NCBI GenBank assembly: GCA_047495785.1
Contig: JBLDXI010000063.1
Coordinates: forward strand, 310,001-374,000
Length of the DNA stretch: 64,000 bases
Reading direction: 5' to 3'
From: Lepidodermella squamata
Taxonomy: Eukaryota; Animalia; Gastrotricha
Below are positions 1 to 12,635 of the stretch, in pieces; the first letter of the stretch is position 1; every line of letters begins with the position of its first letter. The notes below the pieces were generated by a model, which saw only the letters and a list, made by a program, of their open reading frames with translations, was not told the DNA's origin and did no database searches. Both the position numbers and the translations under genes were made by a program.

Positions 1-104
1 ATTTTCAAAATTTGACAAAAAAAGAAGAAGCAGATTTAGTTTCACAGCGACTTAGTAGTAGTAGTAGTATTCACCAGTATCACACACGCTATCCTAAACG
101 TCTC

Positions 105-1082
105 TTATTCCGCTCCATCCTCGTCGTCGTCCACGTCGCCGCCGTCTTCTTCGTCGAGCTGAAAAATGACATCAGATACGAAACATTAGTCGTCATCAAT
201 AAATGAACACGCCAACATGAAAATGATTCCAATCAAGGATCAGATAGGAAAGTAATCACAGAGATTCATTAGATTGACAGACTATCACTATATCATCATT
301 CGAAAATAGCCAAATGACAATGAAAATGAAAACAGTGACTTACGCCTTCGCCGTCTTCTCCCTCATCGCCTTCATCAGGCGACTCGTCACCCTCGTCGAG
401 CTCGGGGGCCAAGAAGTATTGCAGAGGGTTCGCCCAGATCTCGTCCTTGATCAACTCGCCGATCTCGTCCGCCGTCGCGTCTTCGTTCGAGCACGTGAAC
501 CAGAAGAAAAACGAGTCCGAAAGACCGGCGCGCTTCTTGCCAGACGCCGCCTTCTTCATCGGGTCCTTGCCCTCCTTCCACTTGATGCCCGTCGACTTGC
601 ATTGTGGCTCGCACAGGTGGAATTCCTTTGTCAGCACTGCATTTTCGAAGTACGGATTGGCGTCGAAGTGGAAGCTGATTTTGTAGCCTGACTTGATGTC
701 TTCGAATTCCTGCACTTCGAGTTTTGTCAAATGTTGCAAAATCTGCTCGTCTTCCTCGGTGATAATCGAAGAGATCTGAGGGTGGTTGATCAGCGCCGTC
801 AGCCAGAAGCGAGGAATCTTCGAGATGTGATCGTGACGCTTGTGATAGAACGGTTGCCGCAATTTGTTATATTTCTGTTCGACTTTCAGGATTTCCTCTG
901 ACGCTTGTTCGTTCAATTTTTCAATTTCGTTTTGAACTTCGTCGATCTTCTCAACGGAATCTTGGAAATCCCGCGCGTTAAAAGACCCTACGTAGACAAA
1001 TAAGTACATTGAATAAGCAGGAACTCCTTTGAAAAATAGGAAACTAACCATCGGTCTTGGCTACCTTAGCCGGACTCGCCAT
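105..1082 (-). CDS. SET: SET/TAF-I-like histone chaperone (NAP family), ~243 aa; coding exons 1082-1049, 987-344, 158-105
   Basis: NAP/SET motifs [36 protein letters not shown] and [14 protein letters not shown], plus an acidic tail. ATG at 1082 ([12 protein letters not shown]). Introns 1048-988 (GTTAGT...TAG, 61 nt) and 343-159 (GTAAGT...TTTTTCAG) join in frame. The last exon encodes [17 protein letters not shown]. Confidence 0.93.
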
Positions 1083-1395
1083 TAAATCTAAATGACAATA
1101 AAATAAGCCGAACTAAACAAGTAAAGAAACGAAAATGCACGATGATGTCATTAATGACTTGAAAAGAGGGTAACATTGTCATAACAGAGGAAAGGGAAAC
1201 CCCGATTTACACGAGAAACGAGAAATATCGGGTCAGTAAAGGTGGAACATTAGAAAAATTCAGCACTAGGTGAGTTCCGAATGCAAGAAGCTTGAACTTC
1301 TGACACGCACACACACACAGCAGCAAAAACGTCACGAAAAAACGCCGAACTGCAAAGCGGATGAACACCAAGCCGCGGCGGCGTGCTTCGTCAAC

Positions 1396-1419
1396 TTTCG
1401 CGCCAAAAAATATTTCAAA
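1396..1419. promoter_or_regulatory. E2F site (TTTCGCGCCAAA) with adjacent CHR-like TTTGAA (minus strand) in the SET/MBF1 divergent promoter
   Basis: TTTCGCGCCAAA at 1396-1407 matches the overlapping double E2F site known from the DHFR promoter. TTCAAA at 1414-1419 is the reverse complement of the CHR element. Both lie ~320 bp upstream of the SET ATG. Motif match only. Confidence 0.45.
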
Positions 1420-2215
1420 TATTACGAAATCTCAATTTGCAAACAAAAAAGATACAGAATAACAACGATGATTACTTTGACTTTAATATATGTGATAAGC
1501 AGAGAAACGTTTATTTTCTATGAGTCACGTTTTCTGGTTCTTTCTATACTTTGGCTGGAACTCAAGGTTCCACATGTGCAACTCTCTATATTTACCACAT
1601 GCGCCTATTCAGGCAATTCAAAATCCGGATGATAATTTGTTCATTCACGATTCAAAATCGATAACTTTAGGCGCTATCGGTTATGCAGCCGTGAGAAGTG
1701 AACAGTTTTGGGGCGGCGCCTTTGAGTATTAATTGAGTATTACTTTACGACTGCCCGTGCGTAAGTAATCTCTTTGAAGCTGCAACATGACTCAATAAAA
1801 GTGATGCAACCAGATGTAGTCAGATCTTTATAAGGTTCGAGAGAATCAATGTTTCTAATTCATTATATTCTTATTACTGGTTTTATAGCAAATCGCAAGT
1901 TTCATTGATTGTTGTTTTTAATTCACAACTGAATTAATCTCTTACTTCCCATTACGTTGTTACTTGCTAGGCAAGCAAGACCTCAACCTAAACTTCGCGT
2001 GACCATCTTGTGAGTAGCCTTAGCTGAAACGAAGAGTATGAAAAGAGAAGTGTTGCTAAAAGAACTATTAACCCATTGAATCTACTCATGGGCTCGCTAT
2101 GTTCTCTTTTGATTTATTCTAGTCTGTAGGCATTCTCTGTCAAGTTCTAGTAGCACTTAATTTTCAGCTATTATCTAGTTATTGATTATCATTTATCATT
2201 CATTGAACTTTCAAA

Positions 2216-2739
2216 ATGGCCGAATCCCGTATGACAGATTATGATATGCAACAAGTTGTCATTAAGAAGAAGTTGCCGAAGACTGGACATCTGAATACTG
2301 ATCAGGTAGGCTAGTGGAAGCCCTGCTTTACAGATACATGTAGCAATTTGTAACGTGTAATCTGAAGGCTTTATCTGCGGCTTTGAAAGCTGGTGTTCAA
2401 GTTGACACTGAGAAGAAATACGCAGCTGGGTCAAACAAACAGCACGCTTCTACCGTGTTGCCTATTTCGAAGCTTGACGATGCGGAGCCTGATAATCTGA
2501 AGATCGAAACTGTGTCGAAGGATGTGAGCCGTGCAATTATGCAAGCCCGCCAAGCTATGAACCCTCCGCTGTCGCAGAAAGACCTCGCTCAACGCATCAA
2601 TGAAAAGCCTCAAGTTATCAATGACTTCGAAGCAGGTCGCGCCATTCCAAATCAGCAGATCTTGGGCAAACTCGAACGCGTTCTCGGTGTCAAGCTTCGC
2701 GGCAAAGACATCGGCAAACCGTTAGGTCCGAAGAAGTAG
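2216..2739 (+). CDS. MBF1: Multiprotein bridging factor 1 / EDF1, ~153 aa; exons 2216-2305, 2368-2739
   Basis: MBF1 N-terminal domain (VDTEKKYAAGSNKQH) and HTH (LSQKDLAQRINEKPQVINDFEAGRAIPNQQILGKLERVLGVKLRGKDIGKPL). ATG 2216 begins MAESRMTDYDMQQVVIKKK. A 62-nt phase-0 intron GTAGGC...AAG gives ...TDQ|ALSAALKAG. AATAAA at 2952. Confidence 0.93.
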
Positions 2740-3089
2740 ACCACAATGTGATGTGACTTGTTTATTGACTGTATAATTTGCTATATTTCATGTACTATTT
2801 GCTCGAATTGAATACGATGCGATCGCTGCGAGTGCGCATCAGCTGCTGAGTTTTACCTTTTGATGGGCACCGTGCACTATGAACCATGCTTTACCTTCGC
2901 ATTCACTCTATTCATTTCGTGCGTGTTTGTATTTTGCCATTAAAGGGTGCGAATAAAACAACTGGAAACATTGCTTTCTCGTGTCTTACACTTGTCTTAC
3001 ACTTGCTTGTACATGTTAGAGACAATTTAGACTACAATTGTGCAGTCGGCTGGTGAGTACACAGTGAGTACAGACAGTAGCTTGCAGCG

Positions 3090-6000
3090 ATGGACAACGA
3101 TTCGCAGCAGTCGTCGTCGAACGAGACACCAACTGCGAATTCGCAGCGTTCGATGAAACGGCCGATGACTCGGAGCAGTGCAGCCAAGTTGGGCTCATCT
3201 TCGCGGCCGAATTCGCCCTCATCTCAACAGCAGCAGCAACAAGCGGAGGGCGCAGCTGCTGCTGGTAGTGGCGGCAGTGAGACTGTTAAACAGCGGCGCG
3301 GACTAAGTGGTCAGCCTATAGGCGCTAGTTCAAGCCATGGTTCATCGAACTCGCCTGGGTTGGCTGCTGCAGCAACAGCAGCAGCGGGGGCGTCAAGCGC
3401 TTCAAGCCACGTTGTGAAGCAGGAAGCGCGTACCGTCGTCGATCATGCTCATCCTTTTAATAGCAACAATAATAACTCACACCACAGCCATCATCCTCAT
3501 CAGTATCAGCCGGCAGCGCTTCGGCCATCACTAGGAGGCCCACTATTAGGCTCGTCAGGATCGGCTGGTGGTGGTGCTGCTGGCATCGTGGCGCAGTCAG
3601 CTGTGACGTGCATGCTGTGCAGGGACGTGTACCGCGAGCCGTACTCGCTGCTATGCGGCCACTCGTTCTGCCACGAGTGCCTCCTCGCCGCGCTCTCCTA
3701 CGCGCCCAAATGCCCGTCGTGCGAGCGTGAAGTAAGTCACTCCTATCCGTTCTTTCTCTCATCATTTAGGTACACACCATCATCAAAATTGGGCAGAATT
3801 TTTCAGCTGTTAGTTTTAGCCGTGTACCTCAGTTTTCAAGGTTGCAGACGGAACAAAACGACTTGCGTTGAAGGAAACGCAAACCTGCGGCTTGAGGCAA
3901 GCATGAATTCTCGCCGATGTGTTTCAGCAAATACGGAAAACGAGAGCCGATGAGTTTCAGTCAGACCTCTCATGCTTACATGTTACTTGTACGATTGTTG
4001 CCGGTTGAAATTTTAACGTGGCAATGTACACATTCGATTGTAAGGCTGAGAAAAAGTTCTGAAAGCCAATACTTATTTTCGGCCAAGTTAGCTGCAGCTG
4101 AGTTGAACGTTTCTAATACTAAGTTCATTTTGATGAAAAATAACTTGGCTACCATGAAAGGTTTGATGGATGAAACAAAAGTGCGCCAAAATCCAAGGTA
4201 CATTCTTTCGTATATAGGTATAACTGCAGAAATGGTTAGTTGAAGAGAATTGCGACCATATCGTTGTTTTTTCTTTCAATTTTGTGTTAATTTTTCCAAC
4301 GAAAGTGACGTTTACAGTGAAGTTACGCTGGTTTTTTTTGTATGCAGGTTCGTAATGCGGACAACGAAATGCACCCGAACTTTTCGCTGGCGTGCATCGT
4401 CGACCGGTACTTTGTGCCGAGCCCGAACAGCCACGTGCTCATGAACACCATGAATGCGAGTGGCGCATTATCATCGGCAGCAGGCGGCGGTGCTTCTTCT
4501 TCGCAACAGCAACAGCTACTGCTTCACAACGTGCCAGAGCCGACGTCGACGACCACAGCTGGAGGTGCTGGTGCTGGTTCAACGGCGCCACAGCAGCCAT
4601 CAGCGGCAGCAGCAGACGGCGTGGTTGCGGCCGAAGAAGGCGGCGGCAGTGGTGGCGGGGTCGGAATGATGTTGGACGCGTCGCCTACAACCAACGCCAG
4701 TCTCATGCTCGCGTCACCGATGATGTTCGCGGCGGCGGCGGCGGCGGGGGTACCAAGGCGCTTTTCACTAGGTGAGTACATCCGACGTGATGCGGATGAT
4801 CTTGAGTATCATCATCTCTGAGAAGATGACCTTGAAAATGGCCGCAAGTGAGCGAGCTAAAAGTGCAGTGAAACATTTCAGATAGTAATGAACGGATTCA
4901 TTTTTGTTGTTGAATGGATGGGCCGAATGAGCGTTTTTAGGGTCGCTTGCTGGCGTGTCTTCAGTCGGACACAGCTAGGTAGCAGCTAGGTAGTGCAGTC
5001 TCGCCGCCGTACTCCTAATCTACTACCACTTTTCACTTTTGTAACACGATGGAGTGGTCGGCCACCGTCGGTCGGGGTAGAGAGCGTCATTGATGAATCA
5101 CGGCCGACCCGAGTCGAACCGGATCGAACTCGTGCCCATCGATCTTGGCACGGCAGACAGTTATCCACTGAACTACTGTGTCTATCCCAGTTTCAGATAA
5201 TGATAGTGATTTGAAATGATTGATTTTGCCGATGATTTGCAGGCAGCATACTAATTTTATAGCAATCTTTTTATTTATGTCAGGCGCAGATGGACAACTA
5301 CATCACCAGCAACAGCTACAGCAGCAGCAGCAGCAGCATAGCAGGGCGATGATGGTGGCGTTGAGTGCGGCGGAGATTGACCGGGAAATCGCGCGGCTGC
5401 GGCACCTGAAGGCGCAGTTGCAGCTGCAGGACGAGTACACGGAGAACGTGCTCGTGAAAGAGTTCCTCACGTCCGTCAAGTGCAGCGTCGAGGTGGCGAT
5501 GGCGAAGCTGCGCTCGAAGCTCGACAAGGTGAACGCCGACCTCGACGAAGTCAACGCCAGCCTGCGCTGCGTCACATCCACTACAGCGACTACTGCTACA
5601 GCGAGTGCTGCGACCAATGACGCCAATGCTACGGCCAATGCAGCTGCTGCTGCTGTGGTCGATGAAGGCGCTGCTGCAGTGGTTGTAGACACCGCGGCTG
5701 CGGCGGCGATGGAGCGGTGGGCGGCGGTGGATGCGCACCTGACGCCGTCGGCCCGCGCCGCCATCCGCTCGATGGGCCAGCACTTTGCCGACTTCGAAGA
5801 GCTCTACGACCGCTCGTCGCCCACCTTCGACGTTGTGCCAACATCATCAGCCCCAGCAACTGCTTCAGCTAGCAATGCGGTGGCAGAGGGCGGTGGCAAC
5901 GGCAATAACGCCGAGACAGCGGCGGTGGTGGCGACAACTTCAATTGGCGGTGGCCATGGTGGTGGTCGGCTGGCGGCGTTTCGGCGCGCGCTGGTGCAGG

Positions 6001-8249
6001 GCACGCGGTACAGCGGGCTGCGCGCGGTGGCGTCGATCGACTTTGCGATGGGCACGCTGCAGCGCACGTCGTGCATCGTGTCGTCGGTGGCGTTCAACTC
6101 GCGCCGCGACCTCTTCGCCCTCGCCGGCGTCACCAAAGAGATCAAAGTCTACGACTACGCCTCGGCAGTTGCATCCTCGTCCTCCTCCTCGAATAACAAC
6201 AACAGTGGCAATGGCAATGGCAACGGCAGTGTCAATCCGCTCGTCTACCCAGTCACGCGCATGCAAAACGAAAAAAACAAGGTGAGCGCGCAGACCTGCA
6301 CGTCTTTCATATGTGTTTCATTCATAGTAAGCTTCGTGCTATATGAATGAATGACGACTACCGATCAGCTTTGTGCTTTGTGGATTAAAATAATGAGTCC
6401 CAACTAGGTATCCAAATGTGGTGATTTTTTACAAAATTAGTAATGTTACCTCATTCTGGGGGTAATTTCCGGCGACCTTTCGGCATACGCATTGCCATTG
6501 TGAGCGTTCAGGTTTTATTCACCCTGGCATCTGATAACAACAAATGTGGACAAATGAAAATGCGGCCGCATTTCTATACAGCCCCCGATTTTCCACTCAA
6601 CTTGACGTGTGAATGCCCTGCAAAGACTTGACGAATTGTCGGATCTTCGTTGTTTACCAATGGCCATGCCAAATTTGGTCCTAAATCGACATTCAAAGTT
6701 GCACTGCTTATAGGTAATAATGCTATTCAGGTACCCTTGAAAATATTGAATTTTGCTTCAATGACATGCGGGGAAATTAAGCAAACATGTAAGAACTAAA
6801 AAATGTCAAAAGCTGCAATGCGCTATTGCGGTATATGTATAGTAATGATAGTTCATGCGAATGTCGCCAGTAAGTAAGATACGAAACCAACCAGAAAGGC
6901 ACAGAAGTTACTCGAGTAAGCGATGAAACACTACTCACTGACAGCTAGGTACTGCAAGATGGAAATCTCGATGAGAAATTCGGTTTGATTCGAGCAAAAT
7001 ACGCATAGATACTTCTTTGCTACAAACTCCTAAGTAGTTCACATCGGAAATTCGGCCGGCGTTTCTACTGTAAAACCTATGAAAATGTTACAATTGCCAT
7101 TTGTTCGATATTGCTTCGAATGACTAAATACTGTGGACCTGGTTGTTGTTGTGTGGCTGGCTCACACTATGTTTCTACCTATACCTACTATGTCTATACT
7201 CGAATAAGTAATGTTATTGTGTTATTGTACAGGTGTCGTGCATCGCGTGGTCGCCGTTCCACGCGCAGCAGCTGGGCTCGACCGACTACGACGGCTACGT
7301 GGTGGTGTGGGACGCGCTGCGCTCGAGCGTCGCCGTCCAGTGGAACGAGCACGACAAGCGCTGCTGGACCATCGACTGGAACAAGGCCGAGCCGGACATG
7401 CTGGCGACCGGTTCGGACGATTTCAAAGTGAAAATCTGGAAGTTGAACTGCGAGCACTCGGTCAACCAGATCGAGTGGGCGCGGTCGAACGTGTGCACGG
7501 TCGACTTCCACCCAACCAGCCGCTACTACGTCGTGTTCGGCGCCTCGGACCACAACCTGTACTACTTCGACCTGCGGCACACGCGCGCGCCCGTCGCCGT
7601 GCTGCGCGGCCACGCCAAGGCCGTGTCGTACGCGCGCTTCGTCTCGCCCACCGAGATCGTGTCCGCGTCCATCGACGGCACTCTCCGGTTGTGGGACGTG
7701 GCGAACCGCGCGTGCGTGCGCTCGTACTCGGGCCACACCAACGAGATGAACTTCGTCGGCCTCGACACGTGCGGCAACTACATCGTGTGCGGCTCGGAGA
7801 CGAACGAGGTGTTCGTCTACTACAAGCACCTGCGCCGCCCGCTCTTCACGTACAAGTTCCCGCCCGCCGACCCCGCCTTGCCAGAACCGCCCAACTCGTT
7901 TGTGAGTGCGCTCGCGTGGAACAAGGCGCCTATATCATCGTCATCGTCATCGCCATCTTACTACTCCTCATCGTCGTCATCGATGATGGCAAGTGGTGGT
8001 GGGGGTGGTGGGTGTTATGGTGGCTACGGTTACGGTGGTTACGGCTACGGTAGTGGCAGTGGTGGTTATGGCGGTGGAAGCGGCGGCGGAGTGGGAGGAG
8101 GCTATGGCTACGGCAGCGGCTACGGCGGTGCGAGAGGCGTGACGGGCGGGTCGTCGTCGGGTTACGGCGGCTTGCAACCGGCGTCGTTGCTGGCGGCCAA
8201 CAGCCAGGGCTACGCCAAGTTGCTCGAGTTTGAAATGCCCAGTCTGTAG
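3090..8249 (+). CDS. COP1: E3 ubiquitin ligase COP1/RFWD2 homolog, ~1026 aa; exons 3090-3731, 4348-4771, 5284-6281, 7233-8249
   Basis: C3HC4 RING (CMLC...CGHSFCHEC...CPSC) followed by HPNF, then a coiled coil (exon 3). COP1-type WD40s: IVSSVAFN..FALAGVTKEIKVYDY, KVSCIAW, EHDKRCWTIDW, GHAKAVSY, GHTNEMNFVGL, CGSETNEV, FVSALAW, LLAANSQG. All three GT-AG introns (GTAAGT, GTGAGT, GTGAGC donors) are phase-compatible. AATAAA at 8643. Confidence 0.92.
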
Positions 8250-10026
8250 TAATCTATCGACGTCTAGCGAGCTTTCTTCATGCGTGCGGTTCTTTTTCTA
8301 CCTGTGTATGATCTACAATGACGATCGGTGGGGATCGGTGATGAATATTACTGGTGATACATATTATACTTGATACTATGAAGATGCTTTCGGTACTGCT
8401 ACCTACTAACACCCGGCATAACCAAAACCAACAACTTACACGTTGTGATGATGGACGTGGTCATTGATACCTAATAATTGATGATATTCGACAATTAGCA
8501 GCAAGCAGCAAGCTTCGTATTATTATTATTACTATTATTATTATATCATGTGTACATTTTTTCTAGAAAATTCGCAACCATCGCAGGTTGTTGCGTCAGC
8601 TCTGTGATACAAAGAAAAACCCGGGCTGATTAAAAATGAAAAAATAAAAATGAACAAGATGAACTACTGATGAGATGCAAGGTGACTGCTTTTTAGCCAT
8701 AATATGTTCAGCTTCCGACACGCTCTACAGCAGCTAGCTGTATACCTGCTGTATACCTAGGTAATTTGTCGACAGGAGGATGGATGCTGCAAGCCCTGCT
8801 AATTCTGCTCTCGCCGCATTTTCTTAGCGCAGTGCCACGGCTCCCCTGAACCTGCAATCCTATCAAGTCCTAAGGGCATTGAGCTTTTTCAAATCATATA
8901 GGCAATTTGCTTGCGTGGTGTTTACAATAATTCGAATCCAACGATTTGTCCAATCCGGATGCATGGCGAAGACGAAGCCGAAATTATGACACATCCAGCT
9001 CTGATGCGCTTGTTTAGGAACCTACCTATTATTCGGACCTGGCATCTACAAATTGAACATCGTAGGGAACTCTCGCAATGCTAGTCGCCATGAATAATCC
9101 AGAATCCTCAGCATTCCTACACATACATCATGTCAGAACCGGTGAATGACGAGTGACGTATATGTTGACGGACGCAGGACTACCCACTACCCCGATGTTT
9201 TGCCTGATAACATCGCGACAAAGACAAAGATCATTATATCGTTCGATTTATATCATTGTTTCAATGCAGAGGTCGGGCTGAAGTTCTGAATTATTCGTCG
9301 ACATCATTCTTCGAATGGTACCGCTGTGTGCTATATCTGTAGTGTATGCGCAACAGGACAGAAGGGAAAACTCTCTAGTTTATTGCAAGTGACTCATCAG
9401 AAAGATCGCATGTACAAACATCTCTCTAAGCGCGTATTTATAGTCCATAGAAAGATCTAGATTAGAATCTTCCGGAATGTTGGCCTGGTGCCATTTTGGC
9501 CGGATGCCAAAATCGGAACACATTCTCGACAATATCAAGTCAGATTCGGTCTGACGGCTAATTCTGACGGCCGTTTATCGATTGATTAGCTATTTATTCA
9601 CTATTCTCTCGGTTTTCGACTAGAAAGGTTGAGAAATTAACCGCAATTTCGGCTCAAAATTGGGCGCTTCAACCATATAGATTCATTCCAAGCATACAGG
9701 TGACAACCATCGCCATTGCCATCATGATGGTACCTAACAAATAATGTTGTTGCACAACCAAGAATCGAAAGATCGAAAGCGCGCGCCATCAATAATCTTC
9801 TCTTGTTATGTTGGCAACATCAGCTTTGCGACAGCTTTGACTTGACGCATGCGAACGCCAAGCGAACACGCGCCGATCGGCAGCGCGTGCCTGAACAGAG
9901 GTTTCAAAAACTGTTCGACCAGCTCTATTTACAAATTTATCACCAGTTAACACACGCGACACAGACTTATTATTATTTGTTGTATCTCCCCTGCTCTCTG
10001 TGTTTTACAATAACATTGTATCATTT

Positions 10027-11304
10027 ATGAAAACTTTTTCGCTATCGCTGCTGCTGCTTGTTTCGGCGCTGATCGGCGGCGCATCGGCGCAAGGCTTCTG
10101 GCTGAACCCGCTGAACCCGGCGCCCCTAGAAAGTCGGTTGTTATTTTTTACGCTGTTTTAGATTTAACGAGAGTATTTCATCGCAGGTGAGGTGACGTGC
10201 AAGGACGCCCGCTACCAGGACAAGTGCTACTACTTCGGCCTGTCGCTCGAGTGGTGGATCGGCGCCGTCGAGCAGTGCAAGAAGATCGGCTACCAGCTGG
10301 TGCGCATCCGCAACGTCGACGAGGCCAACTTCCTAGCCCGCCATCTGCGCTTCTCGTCGTTCCGCTACTTCTGGGTCGACGCAACCGATGATGTCAGTAC
10401 ATTTTTCAGTATTTATTAAAATAGATTGATTAGATAACAAATAGGGATAAACCAGACAGCGATGATATTGTACTCGGCAACCGCAAAACATTTGTTATTA
10501 AAATGATTATTTTACGAACAGGGCCACGAAGGCATCTGGCTGGCGGGCGACCAGAAGCCGGCGTTCATCGGCTTCTTCTCGCCGTCGGAACCGAACGGCG
10601 AGAAGTGGGAGAACTGTGGCGAGATGGTGATAACGGACCAGGGCCAGGGCCGGCTCAACGACCAGCGGTGCAACGAGTGGCGCAAGTACATCTGTGAGCG
10701 GCGCGTCGACCTGGTGTGCCCGCGCGGCGGCTACCAGGAGCGCTGCTACTGGTTCTCGATGCACCCGTCCAACTGGTACCAGGCGCGCGAGCACTGCCAG
10801 TCGCTCGGCATGCGCATGGCGCGCGTCGGCGGCGCCGAGACGCTCACGTTCATCGCGCAGCACATGACGGCCGAGGCGTCGTGGGTGGACGTGCGCTACG
10901 GCACGGGCGCGCCCGGCTCGTTCACGTACTCGGACGGCGCGCAGTTCTCGTCGAACTGGCTCACGAACAGTGGGCTGCAACCGCTCGCCGGCACCACCCT
11001 GCAGAAGTGCGGCGAGGTGCGCGCGTACGGCACGACGGACGGCCGGCTGTCCGGCGCCGACTGCATGGTCATGCGCCACTTCGTGTGCGAACGCGCGCCC
11101 ATGGCGACCAGCTCGGCCGGCACGCAGCACGACCAGATGCTCGGCCTGCCCGACGGCCTCTCCTCGTCGTCGTCGGTGGGACGCCGGCGCCGACGCCGCA
11201 ACGCCGACGACCACCAAGCGTCGCCGCTGCTGATGCCGGGCTTCCTACGCTCATCGATGAACGCCAACGATACTGCTGATGCTGATGCGGCAGAACACTT
11301 CTAG
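10027..11304 (+). CDS. Secreted C-type lectin with two CTLDs, ~364 aa; exons 10027-10132, 10187-10392, 10522-11304
   Basis: Signal peptide MKTFSLSLLLLVSALIGGASA. CTLD1: YQDKCYYF..W..A..QC..FWVDATDDGHEGIW..EPNG..ENC..LNDQRC..YICE. CTLD2: YQERCYWF..WYQAREHC..WV..C..C..FVCE. Introns 10133-10186 and 10393-10521 are GT-AG and in frame. AATAAA at 11447. Confidence 0.88.
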
Positions 11305-12489
11305 TAGCATAAGTTGTGAACATTTTGAAATTTTGTATCTCAAACATAACAAAAATGTTGTTTTATAATCTACTACTTGATGTTTATAATGGCCAAGTAT
11401 AATTTTTGTACCATCTCATCGATGAGGACTGTTGAAAAACAAAACGAATAAACAACTGCAACAGCCTCCCGTTAAAAACATATCATTGGCCTTGTTCAGC
11501 TTGTTTTTGTTGATTTTCAACTGATGTTGTTCAACTTGTGAAATGAAGTACTATCTCACACGTCAGAAGCCATCTTTGTAGGCAATGCCTCGGCAAGAAA
11601 ATATATACGGCACCACATTATTTGAGTTGAAAGTTTTCAATCAGTCCTTTCCTCAATCACAAATTAGGTCAACTACACGAATACAAAAAAATTGTCCGGT
11701 TGACGGTCCTTTAAAATAATAGAAGTGAGATTCACTACAAGAATAGCAGCTGGTGGTGGTTATAGTAGGTAAATGAGCTGCTATTCAACAGGCAAGTGAA
11801 AAGGCAGTACTGCTTTTAGCTGCTATGATTTGACTTGAATGCGGCAAGTTGAGATCAGCAGCAACTTTTTGGGCCATTTTCCGCGCGATTTCACCGCCAA
11901 ACGATAAAGCCGTGAAAGAGCTCGCCGACGAGGCCACGGAGCCATTGAGCATCAGGCTCGGCATGCGGGGCCTTTCGTATACATTTCCAGCCGAGAGCAG
12001 CGTATTTTGACTTTCGAGCCGCAGCGCCGCGCGCATTAAACAACTCGTAATAGGTATAAGTAAGAGATACTCTCATATATATGCTGCGACTAGTGGTTGT
12101 AGTAGGTGGTAGGTAGGTAGGTAGATAGGTATTCTCCGCTATTATATTCATTAATCGCTATTATATTCGCCAAAATAATCATCGTAATGCGACGTGATAT
12201 GTTACAACGAAAAGAAACAAAACAAAACAACAACAACAGCCATAAAACCGGTTGGTTTTGCGGGCTTCGTCACCGATGTCGCGCGTAAACACCGTGAAGA
12301 TGAGCGAGCCAGCAGCGAACGAGTGGAACCGCTCGTCAAAAAATTATATCACTACCAGCAGTATTATTATCATTATGGTATAAGCACTTACCATAGCGTT
12401 TATCTCGTCGCCGCGGCAAGAATTAGCAAGTGAAACTTGGCGCATACGTCTTCAGGTATCACCTACAGGCTCGAATTAATTACCGCGAG

Positions 12490-12635
12490 CCAATTAAGCG
12501 CGCGATGCGTTGACGCGCGAAGCCGACTGCGCGCGCGCGCGCGCTCATTAACGTGTTATTTTTTGCGCGCGTTCGACTCGGCGGCCGCGTATATAAGCAC
12601 GCCGTCGAGCAGGCGCTTCCTTATTTTCGCCAGTC
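12490..12635 (+). promoter_or_regulatory. Putative Pol II core promoter (CCAAT, (GC)8 tract, TATATAA) with no assignable gene
   Basis: CCAAT 12490-12494, (GC)8 at 12529-12544 and TATATAA 12590-12596, inside a CpG-rich non-coding patch. Motif inference only. Confidence 0.3.

Noticed and set aside
9470-9575. Cluster of small hairpins (TTTTGGC/GCCAAAA, GTCAGA/TCTGAC) as a MITE or ncRNA
   Set aside because: Stems are only 6-7 bp, with no terminal repeats, target-site duplication or second copy in the window.
296-11347. Antisense and alternate-frame ORFs overlapping SET, COP1 and the lectin; ORF-track starts at 1051, 2383, 5220, 10624
   Set aside because: Shadow ORFs of GC3-rich codons. The listed starts and ends run into introns or begin mid-exon and are superseded by the spliced models.
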